39,847 nucleotides of DNA, taken from positions 1-39,847 of IMG/VR virus record IMGVR_UViG_3300017913_002205. One strand, 5' to 3'. Below the pieces are notes generated by a model that saw only the letters and a list, made by a program, of their open reading frames with translations, searched no databases and was not told where the DNA came from. Both the position numbers and the translations under genes were made by a program. The DNA comes from a virus (lineage: Duplodnaviria; Caudoviricetes). Shown one piece after another: positions 20,044 through 28,415 of this stretch. Position 1 is the first letter of the stretch. Every line of letters starts with the position of its first letter.

Positions 20044-20244
20044 ATGAATCAAGATGTAACAATTGCTATACTAACCTATACCATTGTGATGTTGGTGCTG
20101 AATATTGTAAAAGATTATATAATAAGAGCATATAAACACAATATACCAGCTTCCCATATCGGCAAGTCTAATAAAAGATGGTGGATAGCTTATAGTATAG
20201 GCCTTATTATTTTATACCTTCTATATGGAAGAGGATCGCCATAA
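20044..20244 (+). CDS. Small membrane protein (2 TM)
   Basis: Two hydrophobic segments and a dedicated plus-strand promoter. Confidence 0.65.
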   Translation: MNQDVTIAILTYTIVMLVLNIVKDYIIRAYKHNIPASHIGKSNKRWWIAYSIGLIILYLLYGRGSP

Positions 20245-20347
20245 GATAACCACTTATGATGTGATAATGGCTTTATTAAGTGTCATTATAGGAGGAATGT
20301 TTTGGCACGGATGTGCTTACCTTATGATATACTTCTCTCTTAGTTAA
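20225..20347 (+). CDS. 40-aa single-TM peptide (not in ORF track)
   Basis: MEEDRHKITTYDVIMALLSVIIGGMFWHGCAYLMIYFSLS*, overlapping the end of 20044..20244. Confidence 0.5.
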   Translation: MEEDRHKITTYDVIMALLSVIIGGMFWHGCAYLMIYFSLS

Positions 20348-20615
20348 TATATACATATATAAATATATATAACACTATATACTGAAAGTGAGCAGATTGA
20401 GGGAGATAGCTATGGCAGAATCCTGCAGACTACCAACCTCTTAGGGAACATTACTGGCAATGTGCAGGCATGGTTAGGTCAAGCTTAGGTCGAGGTGAGG
20501 TAGGACTTCCGGAAGGACTTAGCAAGGACAAAAGATCCAAAGCGAGGCATAGAATAAATAAAACAACCCAGCTATAAATAAACAATCCCATATATAAGGC
20601 AGATACTTCTTCATA

Positions 20616-20939
20616 TTATACATTAGTTAAAGTTTGACCATTCATCTCTATATGTACATCTATCTTGGCTATAATACGTTCTAGCCTTAATAGGTCATCA
20701 CCTTTAACATCTGACTTACTATATAGATCATATATAAGCTCTTCATATAGGTAGCCATCAAAGAGGCCATATAACATATTCTTTATCGATCGATCTCTTA
20801 CTTGACTGATAAGCTCTAAGACAAATGAAGTATCACCCATACTGAATACCTCATGTCTATTAAAGCGTTTATACCCTAAGGCGTCTTGGAATGACTTCTT
20901 TACTTCTTCTGAAAATTGTTTTAACTGCTGATCTCTCAT
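20616..20939 (-). CDS. Hypothetical protein
   Basis: 107 aa, with a promoter and an AAAGGTTATATG leader upstream. Confidence 0.7.
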   Translation of the reverse strand: MRDQQLKQFSEEVKKSFQDALGYKRFNRHEVFSMGDTSFVLELISQVRDRSIKNMLYGLFDGYLYEELIYDLYSKSDVKGDDLLRLERIIAKIDVHIEMNGQTLTNV

Positions 20940-20961
20940 ATAACCTTTATTTTAATATACC

Positions 20962-20993
20962 TTAATATAGGCATTATCCCTCTAACTACCAAC
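20962..20993 (-). promoter_or_regulatory. Promoter GTTG-N20-TATATTAA
   Basis: Exact motif. Confidence 0.75.
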
Positions 20994-21411
20994 CGTTTTA
21001 TAGGCTTTTTTTAACGCTATATAGAGGAATCCGGAACAGGGAGGTGGCCGGCCCTTGTCTTCCCTTCCATTTACTTACACATTACCTGCCGTAATCCATA
21101 TAGGTTATATACCATAAAACGTATACTATATAATCATATACTTATATCTTTATATACTTATATACATTATTGTAGTCATTTATAGTAATATAGGTAAGAG
21201 ATAGCTTATCTAACTTATATCGATTATCTCTCTTAATGACTTATAGGCTATCATATACTCATGTAAGGGTCAAAGTCTACACTACCTCAGAGATAAGCTT
21301 TAGCTTATGCTTGTATACCCCAGTACTGCCGATGAGTTGATAGGATGGATGGAACACTTGTGAAAAATGCGCGTGACCCCTTCGGGTGGAAGAAAAAAAA
21401 CGCCCCCACCC

Positions 21412-21555
21412 TTACGCCGCCTCACTTATCATATTGAACAACCACATTAAAAAGCCTATAGTAAACATAATACTTATACCACATAGAGCTATTGAAGCTA
21501 TTATATAAGATGTCTTTATGCCATGTCTATCGTAGTAGTTCTCTCTCTCTTTCAT
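21412..21555 (-). CDS. 47-aa single-TM peptide (not in ORF track)
   Basis: MKERENYYDRHGIKTSYIIASIALCGISIMFTIGFLMWLFNMISEAA*, overlapping the end of 21527..22063. Confidence 0.55.
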   Translation of the reverse strand: MKERENYYDRHGIKTSYIIASIALCGISIMFTIGFLMWLFNMISEAA

Positions 21556-22063
21556 ATTGCTGGTTTAATGTATTAACTTCTAAGTATGTCTGATAATCAT
21601 CATCGTTGGCATAATAACCCCAATGTAATAAGCTTTGCTGTACCCTCTTGCCTACTTCTAGACTCTTTGCCTCATGCATCTTCTTATAGATGTTTCTTCT
21701 CCATCTACCTTTATGACCACAAAACTCTTGCCAGCGTCTAATCTGTCTTTCGTCATCTTCATGCCTTCTACCCATATCGTATTTACAATACCATTCAAAC
21801 CATCCATAAGGATCATCTTGATGCATCCATCCCATCTCTTTCCAATACTCATACGGCATACCGCTTCTAACTTTAAACTTATTGATAGATGGCTTATAAG
21901 TCTCTCCTAAGTATAAGCTTGTATCTAAGCCTTTGAAATGATAATCAAATAACTCTTGATACTCATAGTTAGTATATTCTTCTATGACTAAACCGAAATA
22001 GCATCCTCCAAATGCTCCTTGTTCGATTATCTCTCTGGGTGTTAATAAGGGTTTAAAGTACAT
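21527..22063 (-). CDS. Conserved Trp-rich protein of unknown function
   Basis: PLLTPREIIEQGAFGG...DPYGWFEWYCKYDMGRR...DDERQIRRW...QSLLHWGY. I recall this family from phages, giant viruses and some eukaryotes. Confidence 0.7.
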   Translation of the reverse strand: MYFKPLLTPREIIEQGAFGGCYFGLVIEEYTNYEYQELFDYHFKGLDTSLYLGETYKPSINKFKVRSGMPYEYWKEMGWMHQDDPYGWFEWYCKYDMGRRHEDDERQIRRWQEFCGHKGRWRRNIYKKMHEAKSLEVGKRVQQSLLHWGYYANDDDYQTYLEVNTLNQQYERERELLR

Positions 22064-22571
22064 TTACATTTGGTTTAAGGTTATCTTTTGTAAACCACAT
22101 AGTAAGTGAATAACGAACACCTTTAGTTACTTCAGTAACGCTATGAGTTAAACCAGAATCAAATAATGCTATTGTACCTAAACCTTTCTCTACTTGTTGA
22201 CCTCTTACGATCAAACTACCTCCTTCATAACCTTCATTTAGCTGTATAACAGCAGTAATTAACCTATCTTTAATAGACTCAACCCCTGGCATTCTATCTT
22301 TATGATCTTTAAACACTCCTCCAACTTCGTACTTTGCATAATTAAACGTAGAAGGAAGGCTTACTATATCAAACTGTTTTAACTTAGGAAGAAGTATTTC
22401 TCCTATCACATCCCTATACCCCAACACACAACCGTAAGCAACTCTTTGACTAGAGTATCCTATTACATCTTCTGCTCCAACAAGGCCTAACCTATTCCAT
22501 ACAGGAGGAAGCTCTAAAAGTGAAGCACATTCAACCGAAGAAAGAAAATTAGACTTACTTACACTTAACAT
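22053..22571 (-). CDS. 2OG-Fe(II) oxygenase (prolyl-4-hydroxylase-like)
   Basis: HKD metal dyad, YEGGSL, distal H (THSV), and RYS 2OG-binding motif. Confidence 0.85.
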   Translation of the reverse strand: MLSVSKSNFLSSVECASLLELPPVWNRLGLVGAEDVIGYSSQRVAYGCVLGYRDVIGEILLPKLKQFDIVSLPSTFNYAKYEVGGVFKDHKDRMPGVESIKDRLITAVIQLNEGYEGGSLIVRGQQVEKGLGTIALFDSGLTHSVTEVTKGVRYSLTMWFTKDNLKPNVNVL

Positions 22572-22573
22572 AC

Positions 22574-22810
22574 TTACGAAAGATCTAGTTCTTTTATAAG
22601 CAACTTTCTTCTAAGTCTTCTATACATCTCCGATACGAGTTCATCTGATGTAAGCTCTCTCATACCGTACTTGTTGTAACCCACATAACTACTTTCTATT
22701 TCTAAAAACAAGTTAGTATACTTCTTAGCAGCAGTGATATGATCCATATTTTCACATGAATCAATCACCCGCATAGCCTTTTTATAGTTACCTAAGATAT
22801 TGCTCCTCAT
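22574..22810 (-). CDS. Hypothetical protein
   Basis: 78 aa, packed between neighbours. Confidence 0.6.
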   Translation of the reverse strand: MRSNILGNYKKAMRVIDSCENMDHITAAKKYTNLFLEIESSYVGYNKYGMRELTSDELVSEMYRRLRRKLLIKELDLS

Positions 22811-22811
22811 A

Positions 22812-23597
22812 TTACTTAATTTGATTTGAGTTGTAACGGATCATTTGATCAATCTTATCCCATCTAACTCTATCAATAGTCTGAGTTTCTACTTTAGTCT
22901 CATTATCCCAGTTACGAAATTCTTGAGTAACTTCAATATCAGCTGACTTACCAGAAGCAGTAGTACGAAGTACTTTTAAGTTACGAACGTTTCTTAATGA
23001 CCAATCAAACTTAGCTTCTAATTCAGGCAATCTACCTCTATCATCACGTTTGAAATCAATACCGGTGCTTGATAACTTAGCAAGACGCTCTTCTTTCTCT
23101 AAGCTTTTAATAGCATTTCTTTGGTCATTAATAGCATTGGATAACTTTCTTCTCTTATCCCATAAAGGAGATCTAAGATCTGAGTATCGTTTAGTAATTT
23201 TGTTCCACTCTGCTACTATGTCATCTTCAAAGTCAATAGCAACATTAGTAAACTCTTTTAGTGCATCTAAACGATTTAACACCCATTCACCAATACCTTC
23301 GGCATTAAAGCTTCCATATGAAAAGCTAGTCTTCTTAACTTCTTCGTTATCATCAGTCCATCTAGAACGAATACTAAATGAAGCAATATCCCAGTTACTA
23401 CTCTCATTCTTGAGACAAACATATTCATCTCTAGCTTCAATAATAAAACCAGGAGCTGAAGGAGTAAAGTATCTTTCAAACATTAACTTAAGCTCATTAC
23501 TCTTTCTATAAGCTAAGTTCATGATACGAGTTTCAAGAATACTTTCATTCTCTTTTAACTGATCTAATCGTAAATTTAAAATGTCTAATCGTTTCAT
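22812..23597 (-). CDS. Hypothetical coiled-coil protein
   Basis: 261 aa, with a promoter and an ATAAAGGTTATG leader upstream. Confidence 0.7.
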   Translation of the reverse strand: MKRLDILNLRLDQLKENESILETRIMNLAYRKSNELKLMFERYFTPSAPGFIIEARDEYVCLKNESSNWDIASFSIRSRWTDDNEEVKKTSFSYGSFNAEGIGEWVLNRLDALKEFTNVAIDFEDDIVAEWNKITKRYSDLRSPLWDKRRKLSNAINDQRNAIKSLEKEERLAKLSSTGIDFKRDDRGRLPELEAKFDWSLRNVRNLKVLRTTASGKSADIEVTQEFRNWDNETKVETQTIDRVRWDKIDQMIRYNSNQIK

Positions 23598-23627
23598 AAC
23601 CTTTATAAATATCTAATTAACTATACC

Positions 23628-23659
23628 TTAATATAGGCAATAAAAGTCGTACTTACAAC
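23628..23659 (-). promoter_or_regulatory. Promoter GTTG-N20-TATATTAA
   Basis: Exact motif. Confidence 0.75.
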
Positions 23660-23862
23660 TTTTTTCCGAACTTTTTCTTGTATAGTTCAAAGTATCTTTT
23701 ACCTACTCCTATTTCTAAAATCTCACAATCCTTAGGAAGTAAGTTACTACGATTGGTAATAAGTTTATCTGGACATCTAAGGTCTTTGAACTGCTTTACC
23801 ATTACATTCTTTCCGTACTTAGTTTTATAAGCAACTGCAATAGGAGTATATTCTCTAGCCAT
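23653..23862 (-). CDS. Small basic hypothetical protein
   Basis: 69 aa, coupled to the upstream gene. Confidence 0.6.
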   Translation of the reverse strand: MAREYTPIAVAYKTKYGKNVMVKQFKDLRCPDKLITNRSNLLPKDCEILEIGVGKRYFELYKKKFGKKL

Positions 23863-24250
23863 AACTTTCTACTTCTTTAACATGTTTACATTTCTTGTGA
23901 GCAATATAACCCCAACAGTCACAGCTGAGCTTACCGCTCTTATTACGTCTAACTTTATACTCTTTATCAGAAGAAGCACTTTTAAAACTCCAAGTTTCTG
24001 GTTCAATGAAAAGCTCATCAAAAGGTTTCTTTTCAACTATCAAGTCATCATGAGTAGTTTGAGGATGCACCTCCATATAAGAAGGAGTATGAATCTTCTT
24101 TCCATCTCTTGTAATAAAACCTCCTTTACCTACATTAGTATAAGGTATAGTGTAGTAATGTCTTTTTACCCAAGTACCTGAAATAGGATCTGATTGAGAG
24201 AAAGCTCCTTCACTGTAAACTATCTCGTTATTTACATTCCACAATGCCAT
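23855..24250 (-). CDS. SWIM zinc-finger protein
   Basis: YKV...SCDC...KCKHV (CxC...CxH). Confidence 0.75.
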   Translation of the reverse strand: MALWNVNNEIVYSEGAFSQSDPISGTWVKRHYYTIPYTNVGKGGFITRDGKKIHTPSYMEVHPQTTHDDLIVEKKPFDELFIEPETWSFKSASSDKEYKVRRNKSGKLSCDCWGYIAHKKCKHVKEVESYG

Positions 24251-24252
24251 AT

Positions 24253-24486
24253 CTATCCTTTATATAAGTTACTACCCCATCCAGTTCTTTGGTCCATCTT
24301 TCTAATACTATCTGCAGCATCAACATTCTTGATAATTTCAGTTTCAGCATACTCAGTCTTACCAGCAATAACATTTCTAACATACCATGCTTTAGTAGTA
24401 GAGCAATTTACACACGTCTTGGTATCAGGTAAAGCTTTTACCCTAAGAGGATTAATCTCAACACCACACTTACAACAACTACGCAT
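24253..24486 (-). CDS. DksA/TraR-type C4 zinc-finger protein
   Basis: CCKCGVEINPLRVKALPDTKTCVNC matches CxxCGxxIxxxRLxAxPxxxxCxxC. Confidence 0.75.
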   Translation of the reverse strand: MRSCCKCGVEINPLRVKALPDTKTCVNCSTTKAWYVRNVIAGKTEYAETEIIKNVDAADSIRKMDQRTGWGSNLYKG

Positions 24487-24673
24487 GGGTCAAATATTGA
24501 TCAACACTCCATTCAATAAGCATCTGCAAATCAGCTTCAGCATCACCTAGTTCGTTCCAATCATCAACGATAGCATCTACGATACTTGCAACCTCATTAT
24601 TAGTAAGGGTAACTTTCAATTCATAAAGTTCAGTAAGAACTTCATCTTTAACGTAACTTCTAAAATTTATCAT
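24479..24673 (-). CDS. Small acidic hypothetical protein
   Basis: 64 aa, with a promoter and an ATAAAGGTTATG leader upstream. Confidence 0.7.
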   Translation of the reverse strand: MINFRSYVKDEVLTELYELKVTLTNNEVASIVDAIVDDWNELGDAEADLQMLIEWSVDQYLTHA

Positions 24674-24694
24674 AACCTTTATTATTTATATACC

Positions 24695-24726
24695 TAAATA
24701 TAGGCATAATTATTCAGAGTAACAAC
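24695..24726 (-). promoter_or_regulatory. Promoter GTTG-N20-TATATTTA
   Basis: Exact motif. Confidence 0.75.
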
Positions 24727-24732
24727 TTTTTC

Positions 24733-25161
24733 TTAAGCTTTTCCTTTATTCCAGATAGGTAAAGCACCAGTTTTAGATTCAAACTGAGTAAGTAGATTCT
24801 TTTCTAGTATTCGATAGTTAATACCATTTGGTACTTTTACACCTCCAAACTCTACTATATAAGAAGGACATTCTAAAAATAGAATAGGATAGGTCTGTTC
24901 ATCACCCATATTCTCTCTTACCATAGTGTTTGTAGGTCCGTTATGACTCTCATAACAGGTAAATCTATGACGAAGGTTTTGAGTTTCTCCTATCTTTAAA
25001 ATACCATCACCTTTACAAATAAGATAAACACCCATCTTGGCTTCCGGAGAGTAACCTTCTTGCCACTGCATCTGAACTTTATGCTTCTTGGTAATAGTGT
25101 TTGACTTAAGTAATTGTCCAACTGGGACGAAACCTACTGATAAATAATAATTGTAATCCAT
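24733..25161 (-). CDS. GIY-YIG nuclease-family protein
   Basis: GVY...KIGET..LRHRF...LEK...PIWNK, with GIY-YIG Arg/Glu/Asn positions present. Confidence 0.65.
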   Translation of the reverse strand: MDYNYYLSVGFVPVGQLLKSNTITKKHKVQMQWQEGYSPEAKMGVYLICKGDGILKIGETQNLRHRFTCYESHNGPTNTMVRENMGDEQTYPILFLECPSYIVEFGGVKVPNGINYRILEKNLLTQFESKTGALPIWNKGKA

Positions 25162-25174
25162 AACCGTTGTTTAG

Positions 25175-25248
25175 TGAACCAGACAGGATTCGAACCTATG
25201 ACCGTCTGCTTAGAAGGCAGATGCTCTATCCAGCTGAGCTACTGGTCC
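25175..25248 (-). tRNA. tRNA-Arg (anticodon UCU), CCA not encoded
   Basis: GGACCAG/CTGGTTC acceptor stem, GCTCAGCTGGATAGAGC D-arm, TCTGC-CTTCTAA-GCAGA anticodon arm, GGTTCGAATCC T-loop. Confidence 0.95.
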
Positions 25249-25267
25249 TTAATTTAAATACCCCCTA

Positions 25268-25387
25268 TTAAATTTTATAATAGGAGATATTATTAATTTT
25301 TATTAGAGTTGATTTATCTAACAAATTTAACCTTGCGGGGGTATTAAAATAATAAAAAGGGCGGTAATTTTTAATAAAATCTAACAT
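25268..25387 (-). CDS. Possible 39-aa leader ORF upstream of the tRNA
   Basis: MLDFIKNYRPFYYFNTPARLNLLDKSTLIKINNISYYKI*, with an AAATGTTATATG leader similar to other early leaders. It may be non-coding. Confidence 0.25.
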   Translation of the reverse strand: MLDFIKNYRPFYYFNTPARLNLLDKSTLIKINNISYYKI

Positions 25388-25406
25388 ATAACATTTATTT
25401 AATGCT

Positions 25407-25438
25407 TAAATATAGGCATTATTTTTCAGACTACCAAC
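25407..25438 (-). promoter_or_regulatory. Promoter GTTG-N20-TATATTTA upstream of the tRNA unit
   Basis: Exact motif. Confidence 0.75.
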
Positions 25439-25664
25439 TAAATTCTATAGTAATATCTTTTTTATTACAGTAAATCTCATAAGAGTTATACCTGTTATCT
25501 GCTTTAAAAAGTTTATTGAAACTAAATATTTCTATCTCTTCATTATTTAAGTATCCGTAAATACCGTTGTATTGGTAGTCTATACCAATACCTTTTAATG
25601 CTCCAGTTAAGTAAGGAGCTTTAGCTTTCTCTTCAAATTGTTCAAATGGGATTGTAATAGTCAT
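25431..25664 (-). CDS. Hypothetical protein
   Basis: 77 aa, starting 1 bp after thyA. Confidence 0.6.
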   Translation of the reverse strand: MTITIPFEQFEEKAKAPYLTGALKGIGIDYQYNGIYGYLNNEEIEIFSFNKLFKADNRYNSYEIYCNKKDITIEFSW

Positions 25665-25665
25665 A

Positions 25666-26466
25666 CTAGTTACTTAATGGTGCTTTGATTGAAGAATGAG
25701 ATTTATAATCTAGTAACTCAACATCAAAATCTCCTGTGTAAATATCGTAGTAGTCTATTTTAACGTAGGGTAAGTCAAATGGTTTTCGTAAAATTTGCCT
25801 AGCTGCTTGATCTAAATGATTTTTATATAAGTGTACATCTCCAAAGTTACCTATGAGTTCTCCAGGTTTATATCCAGTCTCTTCACATAGTAATAAAAGT
25901 AATAAACCGTAACTACTAATGTTAAAAGGTACACCTAAGAATAGGTCAGCACTTCTTTGATTCCATATGAGAGAGAGCTTACCATCTGCTACATAGCATT
26001 GAAAAGAATAATGGCAAGGAGGTAAAACCATCTTATCTAAATCATCTACATTCCAAGCATTAACCATATGTCTTCTGCTATCTGGGTTGTTGATAAGACC
26101 CACTATAAGGTTCTCTAACTGATCAATACCGTTCCAATCTCTCCATTGCTTGCCGTAAATAGGACCTAAATCACCATCTTCTGGACTACCAGCTTTAATA
26201 TAATCTCCATCCCATATCTTACAGTTGTTATCTTGAAGGTATTTAATATTAGTGTCACCTTTTAGAAACCATTTTAATTCTGTCACCATAGTCTTGAAGG
26301 CTACCTTCTTAGTGGTTAAGATAGGAAAGCCTTCTGACATATCATGTCTTATAGTTCTTCCGAATAGTGATAGAGTACCGGTACCAGTTCTATCATCTTT
26401 AAGTGTACCTTTTTCAAGTACTGATTTTAAAAGGTTCTGATATTGTTTGTCTAAGTTATTACCCAT
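25666..26466 (-). CDS. thyA: Thymidylate synthase (ThyA)
   Basis: DRTGTGT, FPILTTKK, LGPIYGKQWR, PDSRR, catalytic MVLPPCH, QRSADLFLGVPFN, GDVHLYKNH. Confidence 0.97.
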   Translation of the reverse strand: MGNNLDKQYQNLLKSVLEKGTLKDDRTGTGTLSLFGRTIRHDMSEGFPILTTKKVAFKTMVTELKWFLKGDTNIKYLQDNNCKIWDGDYIKAGSPEDGDLGPIYGKQWRDWNGIDQLENLIVGLINNPDSRRHMVNAWNVDDLDKMVLPPCHYSFQCYVADGKLSLIWNQRSADLFLGVPFNISSYGLLLLLLCEETGYKPGELIGNFGDVHLYKNHLDQAARQILRKPFDLPYVKIDYYDIYTGDFDVELLDYKSHSSIKAPLSN

Positions 26467-26644
26467 AGATAATAATTTGATCGTCGCTGTTAAGGGCTTT
26501 CAGTTTTCTAAGAGGACGGCGATTAGGAGGGCGTTTTTCAATTCTAGTGTAAACTAAATTGTCAATTTTGATGTGTTCCCCTTCAATTATAAAATCTAAA
26601 AATGAAGTTGGAATTCTTGATTTAAGAATGTAAAGTAATTTCAT
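26459..26644 (-). CDS. Small hypothetical protein
   Basis: 61 aa, directly downstream of a promoter and overlapping the thyA start. Confidence 0.5.
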   Translation of the reverse strand: MKLLYILKSRIPTSFLDFIIEGEHIKIDNLVYTRIEKRPPNRRPLRKLKALNSDDQIIIYG

Positions 26645-26666
26645 AATATATCGTTTTTTTATACAT

Positions 26667-26698
26667 ACAATATAAGAATAATTAACTTATTACACAAC
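26667..26698 (-). promoter_or_regulatory. Promoter GTTG-N20-TATATTGT
   Basis: Variant -7 element with an exact spacer, upstream of the thyA unit. Confidence 0.65.
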
Positions 26699-27235
26699 TT
26701 AAATTGCTGTTTTTTCAATACCCAACTCAGCTTTTGTTAAAAAAAACAACCATGAATATCTTTTACCTTTAGTTACCTTAGTAACCTCATGTTCTAGAGA
26801 AGCATCAGTAAGGTAAATTTCACCTGCCTTTCTAGGTATTTCAAAATCTGGGTTATAGTATATTAACCTTCCACCTTCAAAGTCTTCATTTAATACACCT
26901 CCTACAATCTTCTCCCATATGTCCATTCTATGTTTATCGATATGACGTTCAAATTTCATACCAGGGTAGTATTCGAAATTATTGAAATAAGCCGTTTCTC
27001 TTACAGTATTGTTAGGGTATCCATTTTCGTCTAAATAGTCACCAACTATATCAAAAAACCATTGTGTTTCCTCAGTTCTTTCAACCATAGACATTTGATA
27101 GTCTATTCTTGACTTTTTCAAACCAGCAGAAGTGTTTATTTCTCCTTCTTTGAAATCATTTATATTTTTACTCTTATGTACTGGGTGTTTATGTAAATCT
27201 ATTAACTTTTTACATTGATCTTTGGTAAGTTTCAT
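26699..27235 (-). CDS. 2OG-Fe(II) oxygenase (P4H-like)
   Basis: HID, FEGGRL, LEHEVTKVTKGKRYS. Start placed at MKLTKDQC (27235) because of an ATGA overlap with the upstream stop. Confidence 0.85.
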   Translation of the reverse strand: MKLTKDQCKKLIDLHKHPVHKSKNINDFKEGEINTSAGLKKSRIDYQMSMVERTEETQWFFDIVGDYLDENGYPNNTVRETAYFNNFEYYPGMKFERHIDKHRMDIWEKIVGGVLNEDFEGGRLIYYNPDFEIPRKAGEIYLTDASLEHEVTKVTKGKRYSWLFFLTKAELGIEKTAI

Positions 27236-27819
27236 AGTATGTTTTTTACTGTCCGGGTTTGTTGTTTCTCTATATTGATACATAGGCTACCTGCATAGAC
27301 TAACCTGTCGATATCACAGTTCGGTGTTGGAACGGCAGTATGTCTTAAATCAGCAGGAAAAATAAACCAATCTCCTTCTTCAGGTAAAAAAGAATGTCTA
27401 ACTCCATTCTCATCTTCAAAGATTATACACCCCTCATTACCTTCAAGGTTTTTTGGTTGTTGTATATAGTAAGTAAAAGTAAAGTCTGTAAATATCTTAC
27501 TTCTACCATTAGGGTGTACTAAAAGATGTTGGTGCATCCATTCTAAATTAAAATTTTTTGTTTGAGTGTACACCCAATAATGTTCAGCAAAATTACGAAA
27601 AGGTTCACCTGTAAATTCAGTAATTCTCTGTTTTATAATATCATTAACACCTCTAAAAATTTCAGCATTAGTTTCCATCCAAAGAGAGTCATTGTCAATA
27701 TTTACTAAATTCTTTTTATTCAATTCAATCAAACGAAGAAATTCGTCTTTTTTGGAACTAAAGTTTAAATCCTTACCTCTATGAATGGTAAAACGGGAAG
27801 ATAGTTTTATTGGTTTCAT
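27232..27819 (-). CDS. Putative 2OG-Fe(II) oxygenase (HxH type)
   Basis: WMHQH, FTYYI, PEEGDWFIFPADLRHTAVP, DRLVYAG. Confidence 0.75.
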   Translation of the reverse strand: MKPIKLSSRFTIHRGKDLNFSSKKDEFLRLIELNKKNLVNIDNDSLWMETNAEIFRGVNDIIKQRITEFTGEPFRNFAEHYWVYTQTKNFNLEWMHQHLLVHPNGRSKIFTDFTFTYYIQQPKNLEGNEGCIIFEDENGVRHSFLPEEGDWFIFPADLRHTAVPTPNCDIDRLVYAGSLCINIEKQQTRTVKNIL

Positions 27820-28415
27820 ATAACATGAGTCTGTTTAGATTTAATCCTATTGGAACCTTTTTTAAATTCACCGTTAACAAAATAAGTCCAATTTATCTTA
27901 TGCATACCTCCAACGTGACGAGTGTAGTTTAGTCCAGATAGGTCGTACTCATACAAATTAAGTTCCGATTGATCTCTTATTGTAAAGTAATTCCATATTG
28001 ATAAAATACATCCACTGTTAGCCACTTTTGCTGCATAATTTTCAAACATACGGTAATTTGGGTCGTAATGAGTGTCCATAAAAATACCATCATACTTAAT
28101 GTTGAGTTGAGGTATAATCTCAATCCAATCTCCAAAAATGATATTGGTGTTAGGTCTTCCTTTTGCCCAAGCAGATGCTTTCTTGTAAATTTGAGGGTTT
28201 ATTTCAATGCAAGTGTAACTGTCTGCCAGTTCAGACATTTTATTAGCAGAAAAACCCATACCAAACCCTATATCTAAAACATCTCCTTGATTTTGACAAA
28301 CAATTCTAGCATACATTTCTGTAATACCTTTTGATGCAGCTTCCATAACCACACTCCTAGGGTTGTCTTCTAGTACTATTTTACGGTCATCAATTATAAC
28401 TTTTTTATTCCTCAT
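27816..28415 (-). CDS. Class I SAM methyltransferase, Rmt2/GAMT-like
   Basis: VLDIGFGMGFSA, CIEINP, IIFGDW and YDGIFMDT follow the guanidinoacetate/arginine N-methyltransferase pattern. Confidence 0.8.
   Translation of the reverse strand: MRNKKVIIDDRKIVLEDNPRSVVMEAASKGITEMYARIVCQNQGDVLDIGFGMGFSANKMSELADSYTCIEINPQIYKKASAWAKGRPNTNIIFGDWIEIIPQLNIKYDGIFMDTHYDPNYRMFENYAAKVANSGCILSIWNYFTIRDQSELNLYEYDLSGLNYTRHVGGMHKINWTYFVNGEFKKGSNRIKSKQTHVI

Noticed and set aside
20406-20437. Thirteenth promoter copy GTTG-GTAGTCTG...GCC
   Set aside because: The upstream element and spacer resemble the others, but the -7 element reads ATAGCTAT. At most it is a decayed copy.
18260-21200. CRISPR array or tandem repeat in the non-coding stretches
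   Set aside because: No constant repeat with regular unique spacers, only low-complexity TA tracts.
25666-26466. Intron or intein in thyA
   Set aside because: The ORF is a continuous 266 aa with all motifs in normal spacing.
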